Assembly: GCA_017962165.1 (NCBI GenBank)
Contig: JAGCVW010000003.1
Location: 7,065 to 71,064, forward strand
Length of the DNA stretch: 64,000 nt
Direction: 5' to 3'
From: Bacteroidales bacterium
GTDB taxonomy: Bacteria > Bacteroidota > Bacteroidia > Bacteroidales > UBA932
The notes beneath the pieces are model-generated. The model made no database searches. It was not told where the DNA came from and was given only the letters and a program-made list of their open reading frames with translations. The translations under genes were made by a program, and so were the position numbers. Of the stretch, positions 29,382-38,876 are shown piece by piece (within the stretch, counting starts at the first letter, position 1; every line of letters begins with the position of its first letter).

Positions 29382-30398
29382 ATGCGCCGCCTGTCCGCCA
29401 TACTCCTGTTGTCCGTCATGGTCCTTTCGGTCTCATGCACGGGCAGGCGTTACTATCAGGTGACAGGCTATGCCCAGGGCGGAACTTATTCCATCAAATA
29501 CCGCGGCGCCTCAGTCGGGACGGAAACGGTCCGTCAGATGGCGGATTCGCTGCTGCGCGAAGTCGACTTCACCCTCTCCGGTTACAACAAAGGTTCGCTC
29601 CTGAGCCGGCTCAACGGTGGCGACACCGTTGTACTTACCTCCATGTTTGCGGAAATCTACCGCCTCTCTTATGAGATGTGGGAACTCAGCGGAGGTGCGT
29701 TCGACGTGGCCTGCGGGCCGCTTTTCGATCTCTGGGGCTTCGGTTTCAGAGAGGGCGCCATGCCCGATGACGGGCAGGTGCGCGCGGCGCTCGCTGCCTG
29801 CGGGACAGCCCGACTCGTCGGGCCGGACGCAGTGGACTCCCTCGCCCGCGCCGGCGCGTCCGTCACCGGCCGCGCGCTGCTGAAGTCCAACCAGGCAGTT
29901 CTTCCTGTCCTGAATTTCAACGCTATCGCTCAGGGCTATAGCTGCGACCTGGTCTGCGACATGCTCAGGGGCCTCGGGGTCACCGACATGCTGGTCGATA
30001 TTGGCGAAATCCGCTGCTGCGGGCTGAACCCTTCTGGAAAGGGCTGGTCCATAGGCATCGACAATCCGGTCGACGGCAACAACACTCCCGGCAAAGACAT
30101 CCGCGAGGTCTGGACTTCGGATGGCGGTGACCATGGCGTTGTGACATCAGGCAACTACCGCAAATTCTACATCCGCGACGGCAGGAAATATTCCCATACG
30201 ATTGACCCGCGCACCGGACGTCCGGTGGAGCATGACCTCCTCAGCGCCACCGTCATCGCCCCCACCGCCGCCGAGGCCGACGCCCTCGCGACTTTCTTCA
30301 TGGTCGTCGGCGCCGACTCCGCCCGCGCGTATCTTGCCAAACGCCCCGACCTGGACGCGTATCTCATTACCTCGGACTCCCTCTGGCACGCCCGCTAG
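29382..30398 (+). CDS. apbE: FAD:protein FMN transferase
   Basis: Lipoprotein; GAFDV, AIAQGY, TSGNYR, HTIDPRTG, ADALAT. Confidence 0.92.
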   Translation: MRRLSAILLLSVMVLSVSCTGRRYYQVTGYAQGGTYSIKYRGASVGTETVRQMADSLLREVDFTLSGYNKGSLLSRLNGGDTVVLTSMFAEIYRLSYEMWELSGGAFDVACGPLFDLWGFGFREGAMPDDGQVRAALAACGTARLVGPDAVDSLARAGASVTGRALLKSNQAVLPVLNFNAIAQGYSCDLVCDMLRGLGVTDMLVDIGEIRCCGLNPSGKGWSIGIDNPVDGNNTPGKDIREVWTSDGGDHGVVTSGNYRKFYIRDGRKYSHTIDPRTGRPVEHDLLSATVIAPTAAEADALATFFMVVGADSARAYLAKRPDLDAYLITSDSLWHAR

Positions 30399-30408
30399 CC
30401 CGCATCCC

Positions 30409-30527
30409 AATCGCGTGGCGGCCAACCCCCTCATTCTCAGCAATTTGCTGAAATACGCCTCCGCGATTTGAGGAGCCGTCTTTAGTCGAAGTTGCTGTGG
30501 GACAGGGAGTTAGCCGCCACGCGGATT
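30409..30527. repeat. 119-nt long imperfect hairpin between convergent apbE and comEC
   Basis: gcgtggcggc/gccgccacgc, cagcaattt/gaagttgctg and further pairing toward the centre. Confidence 0.75.
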
Positions 30528-31607
30528 TCAGAGGTCGGCGATGATGCGCAGGACCTGAAGGAAGAGGGTGGAAAGGGCGTCGGTTGCGCGTATCAGGACG
30601 GAGTCCGGATCAAGTTCGGAATGAGGGAAGGGGCTCGTCAGCGCCAGCGTGACAATTCCCAGCGGGAGCAGCAGCTCGCACAGGGGCATGGCGAGCAGGT
30701 TGGTCAGCAGGAAATAGCGGGGGAGGGAGCCAAAGCGCAGCCATACCAGCGGGGCGGTGGTGAGCTGGCAGGAGAGGGCGAGCGAGGCTGCCTTCCATAT
30801 CCAGCGGACCGGGTCGATTCGGGCAGACAGGCGGGTCGACGGATACCATGCCTCCAGCCGCGGGGCGATAAACACTATCCCCAGCATGGCCATGTACGAC
30901 AGTTGGAACGCGACGGAGCCTATGGCCATGGGATCGAAGGCCAGTTGCACGGTGGCTGCGATACACAGACGGTCGGCCGGTGAACTGCGGCGGCCGGGCG
31001 AAAGGGCGGCAATCTGCTGAAGTATGATGAACAGCAGCGCGCGCAAGAGCGAGGGCGACGCCCCGCAGCCGACTGTGTACGCGAGGCAAAACCCGACCAG
31101 CACGGTCGCGCGCACAATCCGGGCGGGGCGCGAGTTCCCCAGCGCTGTCAGCAGGCAGCGCAGGAAAAGTGCGATTATCCCAAGGTGGAGCCCCGACAGC
31201 GCGAGGAGGTGCGACGCGCCGCTTCGCCGGAACATCGTCACGGTCTGCCGGTCAAGACCCGACCTGTCGCCGGTCATCAGCGCCCGCAGCAAAGGCGCGG
31301 TGGTCCCATGCCCGAACGGAATGTCGTCTATGCGCCCGCGCACATGGACCATAACTTCACTCCCGGCCCCGACCGGGAATCCTGCCAGGTCCGCCGCACG
31401 CGAAGAGTAGCAGAACAGCCCGAGGGAGAATAGCAGCAGAACGAGCAGGATACGGTCGCGTCGCCGGCCGCAGGCCAGCATGACAAGGCAGCCCGCGACG
31501 GCCGTCAACGCTGCGCAGGCGCCCCAATCGCACACCGGCAGCGCGGCGCCGAGGGCGGTCCCGGCGACGAAGGGAAGGGATATGCTCAGGGAAAGGCGGT
31601 TTTCCAT
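30528..31607 (-). CDS. comEC: ComEC/Rec2 family competence protein (membrane domain only)
   Basis: SGASHLLALSGLHLG, SPSLLRA, FQLSY. Confidence 0.85.
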   Translation of the reverse strand: MENRLSLSISLPFVAGTALGAALPVCDWGACAALTAVAGCLVMLACGRRRDRILLVLLLFSLGLFCYSSRAADLAGFPVGAGSEVMVHVRGRIDDIPFGHGTTAPLLRALMTGDRSGLDRQTVTMFRRSGASHLLALSGLHLGIIALFLRCLLTALGNSRPARIVRATVLVGFCLAYTVGCGASPSLLRALLFIILQQIAALSPGRRSSPADRLCIAATVQLAFDPMAIGSVAFQLSYMAMLGIVFIAPRLEAWYPSTRLSARIDPVRWIWKAASLALSCQLTTAPLVWLRFGSLPRYFLLTNLLAMPLCELLLPLGIVTLALTSPFPHSELDPDSVLIRATDALSTLFLQVLRIIADL

Positions 31608-31667
31608 AGCGCGATAAGCAAGGTCGAAGACGAAGATACGTATTTTTTGCGTACCTTTGCGGGCGAT

Positions 31668-32876
31668 ATGAAAATTCTCGTCATTAACTGTGGAAGTTCA
31701 TCAATCAAGTATCAGTTGCTTGAGATGACAGACGCCGAGCACTACAAGCTCCTCGCGAAAGGTAATCTGGAAAAAATCTCGCTGCCCGACAGCAAGCTCA
31801 CCCATAAACCCGCCGGAAAAGAAGCCGTCGTTCTGATGCAGCCCGTTCCCGACCATACCCTGGGAATGAAGCTTGTGCTCGACACTCTTACCGACAGCAA
31901 CTACGGAGTCATCGGCAGTTTCGACGAGATCGATGCAGTGGGACACCGCATCGTCCAGGGCGCCGACTTCTTCGACGGCTCGTGCCTGATCGACGAATCG
32001 GTGATGGAGAAGATCGCAATTTGCTGCGATTTCGCGCCCCTTCACAATCCCGCCCATATCCTCGGTATCAGGGCCATGCAGAAGGTCCTTCCGACGGTCC
32101 CGCAGGTAGTCGTGTTCGACACCGCCTTCCACCAGACCATGGAGCCGAAGGCCTATATGTACGCCCTCCCTTACGAGTATTATGAGAAGTACCGCGTCCG
32201 CCGTTACGGCGCCCACGGAACCTCGCACTACTACGTAAGCCGCCGCGGCGCGAAGAAGGCTGGCCTTGACATTAACAACAGCAAGATTATTACCTGCCAT
32301 ATCGGCAACGGAAGTTCGGTGACCGCTATCCTGAACGGCAAGAGCATCGACACTTCCATGGGCTTCACTCCTCTCGAGGGCATGATCATGGGCACGCGCT
32401 GCGGCTCGATTGACGCGAACATCGTGCCTTATATCATGAAGAAGGAGAACCTGACCCCGGACGAGATGACGGACATCATGAACAAGAAGTCGGGATTCAT
32501 CGGGCTGCAGAAGAAGAGTTCCGATATGCGCGACATGGTCTGCTTCTCGGAGCAGGGAGACCAGCGCGCCCAGCTCGTCCGCGACATGGTCGTCCATCAG
32601 ATCTCGAAACTCGTCGGCGGCTACATCGCCGAGATGAACGGAGTGGACCTCATCATCTTCACCGCCGGCATCGCCGAGAACAATCCCTGGCTCCCGCTTG
32701 CAGTGTGCAAGCATTTCGAGTATATGGGGCTGAAGATGGATGTCGAAGCGACCAACGCCGCGCGCGACGAGGCCGTCATTTCTGCCCCCGATTCCACCGT
32801 CAAAGTCGCCATGATTCCCACCAATGAGGAGCTCATGATCGCGATCGACACGATGAATATCGTAAACTCCCTGTAA
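31668..32876 (+). CDS. ackA: acetate kinase
   Basis: ILVINCGSSSIK, GHRIVQG, APLHNP, HIGNGSS, PTNEE. Confidence 0.97.
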   Translation: MKILVINCGSSSIKYQLLEMTDAEHYKLLAKGNLEKISLPDSKLTHKPAGKEAVVLMQPVPDHTLGMKLVLDTLTDSNYGVIGSFDEIDAVGHRIVQGADFFDGSCLIDESVMEKIAICCDFAPLHNPAHILGIRAMQKVLPTVPQVVVFDTAFHQTMEPKAYMYALPYEYYEKYRVRRYGAHGTSHYYVSRRGAKKAGLDINNSKIITCHIGNGSSVTAILNGKSIDTSMGFTPLEGMIMGTRCGSIDANIVPYIMKKENLTPDEMTDIMNKKSGFIGLQKKSSDMRDMVCFSEQGDQRAQLVRDMVVHQISKLVGGYIAEMNGVDLIIFTAGIAENNPWLPLAVCKHFEYMGLKMDVEATNAARDEAVISAPDSTVKVAMIPTNEELMIAIDTMNIVNSL

Positions 32877-32880
32877 TCTA

Positions 32881-32990
32881 AGCAGAACAAACCACACCCC
32901 AGAGACCGCTATCGCTCGTATGACGCTGCGCGTCTGTGAGCGACCCTAGTCCGGGAAAATGCGGCTCTGGGGTGTGGTTTGCTTCTGCTA
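32881..32990 (+). repeat. structured intergenic repeat, copy 2
   Basis: IR agcagaa…aaaccacaccccagag…ccgc / gcgg…ctctggggtgtggttt…ttctgct enclosing atcgctc…acgctgcgcgt…gagcgaccctagtccgggaaaat. Confidence 0.9.
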
Positions 32991-32998
32991 TAACAATC

Positions 32999-33060
32999 CG
33001 CGTCTGGAAGCGACCCTAATCCGGGAAAAAGCGGCTCTGGGGTGTGGTTTGCTTCTGCTA
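32999..33060 (+). repeat. tandem partial duplicate of repeat copy 2 (right half)
   Basis: Near-identical to 32929-32990, 70-bp period. Confidence 0.9.
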
Positions 33061-33636
33061 AAGAAGTCCGCGGCGGCGGGCGAATTCGATGATGTAGTCG
33101 GCTGTTCCTTCGATTCCGAGGACTGAAGAGTCTATGCAGAGGTCGTAGTTGGCGGCCTCGCCCCACTTCGAGAAGGTGAAGAAATCGTAGTACTCGGCGC
33201 GGCCGCGGTCTTTGCGGTCGATGAGGGTCTCGGCATCGGCTGCCGAAAGGTTCTGGCGCTCCATTATGCGCTTGATCCTGGCCTCAAGGGGCGCACAGAT
33301 AAATACGTCTATGCAGTCCATTTCGCGAAGGACGTAATCTGAGGCGCGTCCGACGAAGATTGCGGATCCTTTGGAGGCCAGTTCGCGTATGGTGTCGCTC
33401 TGGATGCCGAACAGGATTTCGTCGTCCATTCCGGAGCGCATGCCGATAAACAGTGCGCGGCGCTTTTCGTCCCTCTTTTTGAAGAACTCCTCCGCGATGC
33501 CGCTCTTGCGGGCGGCTTCGGTAATCAGTTCGCTGTCGTAGACCGGGATGCCGAGCCGGCGGCCGAGTTCTTCCGCAACGGCTTTTCCGCCGCTGCCGAA
33601 CTGGCGTCCGATAGTGATTGTGAGTTTCTTCTCCAT
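33058..33636 (-). CDS. cytidylate kinase-like family protein
   Basis: ITIGRQFGSGG, FVGRASDYVL, YDLCIDSS. Confidence 0.85.
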   Translation of the reverse strand: MEKKLTITIGRQFGSGGKAVAEELGRRLGIPVYDSELITEAARKSGIAEEFFKKRDEKRRALFIGMRSGMDDEILFGIQSDTIRELASKGSAIFVGRASDYVLREMDCIDVFICAPLEARIKRIMERQNLSAADAETLIDRKDRGRAEYYDFFTFSKWGEAANYDLCIDSSVLGIEGTADYIIEFARRRGLL

Positions 33637-33646
33637 AGGCCAAAAG

Positions 33647-35041
33647 TTAAACCGCGCTGCCGAGCACAGACGGGTCGTCGCCGTCATTGAGTTTGTCGAA
33701 CTTGCGCAAAATGTTGATTATAAGGACTGCCGCGCATACCACGGACAGGAAATCCGAAATAGGGAAGGCGAGCCACACGCCGTTCTCGCCGAGCCACAGC
33801 GGCAGCAGGTACACCAGGGGAACAAGGAACAGAAGCTGCCTCGTAAGCGAAAGGAAGATGCTCTTGCGGACCATTCCGAGACTCTGGAAGAAGTTGCCGG
33901 AGACCATTCCGAAGCCTACGCACCATACCATGAGGTTCATAAGGCGAAGGGCGTTGTCGGCTTTGGCAATCATCTCGGGATCTTCCGTGAACAGGCGGAC
34001 GGCAGGGGTAGTGAGCAGTTCGGAGACCAGGAAGCAGATAAGGCTCATCAGGCACATCCATTTTGTGGTGAGCCAGAATACTTCCTTCACGCGTTTGTAC
34101 TGCCGGGCGCCGTAGTTGAAACTTGCTATAGGCTGCATGCCCTGGTTGAAACCGAGGTTTATCATCAGGAACATGAAGGTGATGCGGTTCGAGATACCGT
34201 AGGCGCCGATGGCTAGGTCGCCGCCGTATTTGCGAAGCTGCTGGTTGATGAAGATGGCTACTATGCAGGCCGCGAAATGCATGAGGAAGGGTCCGAGGCC
34301 GATGGAAAGCGAAGCCCTCGCAATTCGGCGGTGGAGCTGGAAGATGGGCCGGCCCAGGTGGAGGAAGTTCTTCTTATTGAGGAAGAACCACATCGTGTAG
34401 GCCAGGGCCATGCACTGGCAGAGGACAGTAGCAATAGCGGCGCCCTTCACTCCGAGTCCGAACGCATAGATGAAGACGGGGTCGAGGATGGCGTTGGCCG
34501 TGACCGTAAAGATCGTAAGGCCCATGGCCGTCTTCGGGTTGCCGGAAGCCCTGATAACTCCGTTGAGGCCGAAGTACAGGTGCGTGACGACATTGCCCAG
34601 CAGGATTATAGTCATGTACTCGCGGGCGTAAGGGAGGGTGTTCTCCGAGGCGCCGAAGAAGTACAGGATGGGGTCGAGGAAGATAAGGCAGACGGTGGCG
34701 AAAGCCACTCCGATGATGGTGTTCAGGCTCACGACGTTCGAGAGCACTTTCTGGGCTCCGTCGTAGTTCTTCTGGCCCAGCAGTACCGAGACCATGGTCT
34801 GGCCGCCCACTCCCACGAGGGTCCCGAGGGCGGTGCTGAGGTTCATCAGCGGGAAGGTGACGGCAAGGCCGGAAATTGCGTATGCGCCCACGGCGGGGAT
34901 ATGGCCGATGAAGATGCTGTCGACCATGTTGTAGAGCGAGCTGGCGATCATCGCGATGATGCCCGGAACCGCATACTTGCGAAGCAGGGTTCCTATGCGC
35001 TCGGTGCCGAGTTCTGTGGGTGCTGCGCCTTGGACTGCCAT
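33647..35041 (-). CDS. MATE family efflux transporter
   Basis: LYNMVDSIFIG, NAILDPVFI…GVKGAAIAT, about 12 TMs. Confidence 0.92.
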   Translation of the reverse strand: MAVQGAAPTELGTERIGTLLRKYAVPGIIAMIASSLYNMVDSIFIGHIPAVGAYAISGLAVTFPLMNLSTALGTLVGVGGQTMVSVLLGQKNYDGAQKVLSNVVSLNTIIGVAFATVCLIFLDPILYFFGASENTLPYAREYMTIILLGNVVTHLYFGLNGVIRASGNPKTAMGLTIFTVTANAILDPVFIYAFGLGVKGAAIATVLCQCMALAYTMWFFLNKKNFLHLGRPIFQLHRRIARASLSIGLGPFLMHFAACIVAIFINQQLRKYGGDLAIGAYGISNRITFMFLMINLGFNQGMQPIASFNYGARQYKRVKEVFWLTTKWMCLMSLICFLVSELLTTPAVRLFTEDPEMIAKADNALRLMNLMVWCVGFGMVSGNFFQSLGMVRKSIFLSLTRQLLFLVPLVYLLPLWLGENGVWLAFPISDFLSVVCAAVLIINILRKFDKLNDGDDPSVLGSAV

Positions 35042-35043
35042 CT

Positions 35044-36069
35044 CTATTCGGGCTTGTCGACAAATTCGATCTCGAAAATCAGGGGGCAGTAACCGGGGAT
35101 CGCGCTGCCCTGTCCGTTGGTCGAGTAGGCCTGGCCTGAGACCATGTAGGCCCGTCCTTTTTCATGGGCGTGCATGTGGAAGATGGCGGCTCCGAAACCG
35201 CTCACGACTGAGCTTGATTTGCTGGTCATGGTGATCTCGCTGGCCTTCGAAGCCCAGTTGATGAGGGTAGGGCCGTAGGTGGAGCTGGAGTTATAGATGC
35301 CGAATACCTTGGCGGAATCGGCGATGTTGGTGTCCACACCCTGGCCGTCCATCATCCTGCGGCATATGTAGTTGATGTATACCTGGTCGCCGGACTCGTA
35401 TGCGGTCGTGTCGGAAGGTTCCTTGTCCTGGACATAATATACTCCTTCAGCGAGCGAATCGGCCTTGGCCAGTTCGGCCCCGAGGGTGGATTTTACGACT
35501 CCGAGTTCCCAGGCTTCGATGTCCGGTATCATCTCCACGACGGTAATGTCGAAGACAAGAGGGGAGACGGATTCGGTCATATTGTCCAGGTACTTCTGCC
35601 TGGTAGTATAGCGGTTGTGCGTAAGCAGCCAGCCTGGAACTATCACCTTGCAGCGGCCGCCGACATGGAGGTAAGAAATAGCTTCTTCCACTCCGGCGTA
35701 GATGGCGTTCGGGCCGCGGTGGTTGACCTGAGGGCCGTAGTAGTAGCTCTGGCGGTAGCTGCCGATTTTCTGGGCTACAAGCATGTCGGTCGTGGAATTG
35801 ACCTCGCCGTCGAGATCTGTTACCGTGTAGGTGATGCGCATGTAAGGATAATCGTCGACCGAACCGAGCTCGGCCCCGGCGGGGTTGTCCGCCTTTTCGA
35901 TTATCCATCCGCCCAGAGGGGTTTCCTCCCAGCCGGCCTGCCTGTTTATGGAAACCCAGGCGCTGAACTGCATGGATGCAAGTTCGCCGTAGTTGGTCTC
36001 CGGGGTTTTGGCGCAGCCTGCAAGGCAGACGGCTGCCGAAAGGAGCAATATCTTTACTGTATTTTTCAT
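35044..36069 (-). CDS. lipoprotein with FKBP-type PPIase-like domains
   Basis: Lipobox LAGC; GVEEAI…GGRCKVIVP; IPGYCPLIFEIE. Confidence 0.75.
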   Translation of the reverse strand: MKNTVKILLLSAAVCLAGCAKTPETNYGELASMQFSAWVSINRQAGWEETPLGGWIIEKADNPAGAELGSVDDYPYMRITYTVTDLDGEVNSTTDMLVAQKIGSYRQSYYYGPQVNHRGPNAIYAGVEEAISYLHVGGRCKVIVPGWLLTHNRYTTRQKYLDNMTESVSPLVFDITVVEMIPDIEAWELGVVKSTLGAELAKADSLAEGVYYVQDKEPSDTTAYESGDQVYINYICRRMMDGQGVDTNIADSAKVFGIYNSSSTYGPTLINWASKASEITMTSKSSSVVSGFGAAIFHMHAHEKGRAYMVSGQAYSTNGQGSAIPGYCPLIFEIEFVDKPE

Positions 36070-37070
36070 ATTTCAATCTTGTCTGTGAAGGCGGCCGCTG
36101 CGGATGCGTCCGGGATGTCGCCGGGGATGAGGAGTTTACCGCCGGCAGCCTGCTCATGGCCTCCGCCGTGGAAGTACCGGGCCGCCATTGCGTTTGCAGA
36201 CCAGCCTTTCTTGGAGCGTATCGAGGCCCGCATTTCGGGCTCGTCTTCGCTCTCCCTGAGGTAGAGGCAGACCTTGACTTCGTCTATGGTAAGCGGGATG
36301 TTGACCATGCCTTCGAGTTCGCCCTCCTGCAAGCTAAATCTGTGCCACAGATCCCTGGTGACGATGATTACCGCAAGGCCGTCGGGGCGAATTGTGAGGT
36401 GCTCGGAGAGGATGTGGGCGATGGCGCGCACGCGGTTGGGCCTGTAACGGTTGTAAAGCTCCGCGACAATCGCGTCGCGGTCAACTCCTGAAGCAATAAG
36501 GTCCGCTGCCATCTCAAGGGTCGACGGGAAGACGGAGTTCGCGAAATTGTTCGTATCTGTCGTCATTCCAGCCATCAGGCAGTTCAGGACGGACATCGGC
36601 AGGCGGGAGGTCCGGCCGTCGATCCCGGGCATTGCGCGCAGGATTTCATAGACCATCTCGCTGGCCGAAGAGACCTCCGTGCGGCTGAAAACAAGGTCGA
36701 ATTCGGACTCCTGCGGGTTGAGGTGGTGGTCGATCAGGACCTTGGGGGCCTTGCTGGAGCGCAGCAGGGACTCGGACTGCGCGCCCGAACGCGACAGGCC
36801 GTTGTAGTCAGTGCAGATGATAAGGTCGGCGGCGGAGATCGCTTCGGGCGCAGCGGGCTTGAGGCGGCCGTCGATGAAGGCGATGGTCTGGGGGGCGGCT
36901 TCGCGCACCACGGCCACTCCGGACTTGCCGCAGACCTCGCGCAGATAGTGGAAAACGGCGCCGCTGCTTCCAAGCGCATCGCCGTCGGGGTGGATGTGCG
37001 TGGAGATGACGATTCTGGACGAAGCGTCGATCAGACTGCTCAAGACGCGGATTTTCTCAGCCGTTTCCAT
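36066..37070 (-). CDS. DHH family phosphoesterase (NrnA-like)
   Basis: HIHPDGDALGS, IDHH, TDT, GGGHEQAAG; start ATG 37070. Confidence 0.9.
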   Translation of the reverse strand: METAEKIRVLSSLIDASSRIVISTHIHPDGDALGSSGAVFHYLREVCGKSGVAVVREAAPQTIAFIDGRLKPAAPEAISAADLIICTDYNGLSRSGAQSESLLRSSKAPKVLIDHHLNPQESEFDLVFSRTEVSSASEMVYEILRAMPGIDGRTSRLPMSVLNCLMAGMTTDTNNFANSVFPSTLEMAADLIASGVDRDAIVAELYNRYRPNRVRAIAHILSEHLTIRPDGLAVIIVTRDLWHRFSLQEGELEGMVNIPLTIDEVKVCLYLRESEDEPEMRASIRSKKGWSANAMAARYFHGGGHEQAAGGKLLIPGDIPDASAAAAFTDKIEI

Positions 37071-37158
37071 AGGCGCAAATTTAATAAGATTATTGCATTT
37101 AATAAATGATTTTTCTAACTTTGTCAGACTGCTGATTATAAAGTAAAAAGATATAACA

Positions 37159-37896
37159 ATGGCAAAATTTGACTTGCTCAAGTTCACGGAGAACAAAGTC
37201 GTCAACACTGTCGTAGTGTACGTGTTCCTTCCCCTCTGCATCCTTTTCCTCGGATATCTGCTGGTGGACAGCGTCCTCCAGCCCGTCCATTTCAACAAAG
37301 AAAAAGAGGCCAGGGAACTTGTCGGAATCGAGCGCCTGAAAGACATCCGTGTTCTTCAGGATGCTTACAAGAGCGTTAACGGAAAGTATGTCTCGGACAT
37401 CGACTCCCTGGTGGATTTCTACAAGAACGGAGATATCGTAGTCCGCATGCAGATCGGCTCCAAGGACGACTCCCTTGCCATGGCCCATACAAAGTCCATC
37501 AAGCAGGCCCGTTACTGGCTCCGCGGAGCTAACCTCAACCGCTATCTGTATCAGCTCTATCAGGACGGAGACAAGAATCTCGTGTTCTCCATCGACAATA
37601 AGATTCCTGTGAAGGATACTCTGTTCCACAGCCGCGTCGGCTTCGAGATCGACTCCCTGAAGACCATCCCGTTCTCGGGCGGCCAGAAAGTGGAGATGGA
37701 AGCTATAGTCAAGAAAGTCTCCGGCGTGAACGTCCCTCTGTTCGAGGCCCGCATGCCTTACAAGAAACTCCTCTACGGCATGGACAACCAGCTCAGGATC
37801 AACCTTGATGCAGACCGCCGTAACGGAAACAAGTACGAAGGCCTTCAGGTGGGAAGCATTACCGCGCCTAACAACAACGCAGGAAACTGGGAGTAA
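37159..37896 (+). CDS. conserved hypothetical membrane-anchored protein
   Basis: Single N-terminal TM; LKDIR…AYKSVNGKY; C-terminal VGS…AGNWE. Confidence 0.75.
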   Translation: MAKFDLLKFTENKVVNTVVVYVFLPLCILFLGYLLVDSVLQPVHFNKEKEARELVGIERLKDIRVLQDAYKSVNGKYVSDIDSLVDFYKNGDIVVRMQIGSKDDSLAMAHTKSIKQARYWLRGANLNRYLYQLYQDGDKNLVFSIDNKIPVKDTLFHSRVGFEIDSLKTIPFSGGQKVEMEAIVKKVSGVNVPLFEARMPYKKLLYGMDNQLRINLDADRRNGNKYEGLQVGSITAPNNNAGNWE

Positions 37897-38345
37897 TGAA
37901 GTGTACTCTGGTACCTTCCAATTTTTACGATGAAAACTGTGCGGGAGAATATCTCGCACAAGTTTTTGTTGACGCACCCTCAGGCCCCGTCCGCTCGTCT
38001 TTCCTGTCCCAGTACAACGCCTATTTGGTATGGGCTTCGGATTCGTCCGACGAGCCAGAAATGCTCGGTATACTCCGGGATCTGGGGAAATGCCCCGACT
38101 ACAATAAGATACTATGTGCGTGGGACGGTTCGGAGCTGAGTCTGGCGATAGCCCAGGGCAAGACCCTTCTTCTTGCCAATACCTACAAAGCCCCGGATTT
38201 CACCACCGCCGAGTACTGGATATTCCTGGCGCTGCGCTCGCTCCAGCTCAATCCCGAGATATCGACCATCTGCCTTCGTTCTCCGGTTAGTCCTGAAGAC
38301 GAAATGTCGCTCTACCGCTACTTCAAGGCGGTCGAAACCCTATGA
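37896..38345 (+). CDS. DUF3822-like protein (short)
   Basis: TLVP…LLLANTY…YWIF…L.LNP; position before rsmD. Confidence 0.55.
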   Translation: MKCTLVPSNFYDENCAGEYLAQVFVDAPSGPVRSSFLSQYNAYLVWASDSSDEPEMLGILRDLGKCPDYNKILCAWDGSELSLAIAQGKTLLLANTYKAPDFTTAEYWIFLALRSLQLNPEISTICLRSPVSPEDEMSLYRYFKAVETL

Positions 38346-38872
38346 GGATAATAGGCGGCAAACTCAAAGGCAAGTTTATCCTGCCCCCGGCCGGCTACAA
38401 GGCCAGGCCCACTACCGATTTCGCACGCGAGGCCCTCTTCAACATCCTTGACAATGAATACGAATTCGAAGATCTGAAGGTCCTCGATCTATTCGGCGGC
38501 ACGGGCGCAGTCTCTTTCGAGTTCGGATCACGCGGCGTCGGCCGCGTGTGGTGCGTGGAGATGGCCCGCGAAAACGCCAGCTTCATCAAGCGCGAAGCCC
38601 AGCGCCTTGGCCTGGACAATGTCACGATGGTGCGCGACAACGTCTTCGATTTCCTGAACGTCTGCCACGAAAAGTTCGATATAATCTTCGCCGACCCGCC
38701 CTACGCGCTTGAGGGCCTGGATACAATTCCAGACAAGATTTTCGAGCGCGACATTCTGCATCCGGACTGCTATTTCATCCTCGAACACGGCGGAGAACAC
38801 AACTTCGCCTCCCGCCCGCGCTTTTTCAAGGAGCGCGAGTACGGAAGGGTCCACTTCACTTTCTTCAAATAG
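38342..38872 (+). CDS. rsmD: 16S rRNA m2G966 methyltransferase
   Basis: MRIIGG, RPTTD, DLFGGTG, FADPPY. Confidence 0.93.
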   Translation: MRIIGGKLKGKFILPPAGYKARPTTDFAREALFNILDNEYEFEDLKVLDLFGGTGAVSFEFGSRGVGRVWCVEMARENASFIKREAQRLGLDNVTMVRDNVFDFLNVCHEKFDIIFADPPYALEGLDTIPDKIFERDILHPDCYFILEHGGEHNFASRPRFFKEREYGRVHFTFFK

Positions 38873-38876
38873 GGGA

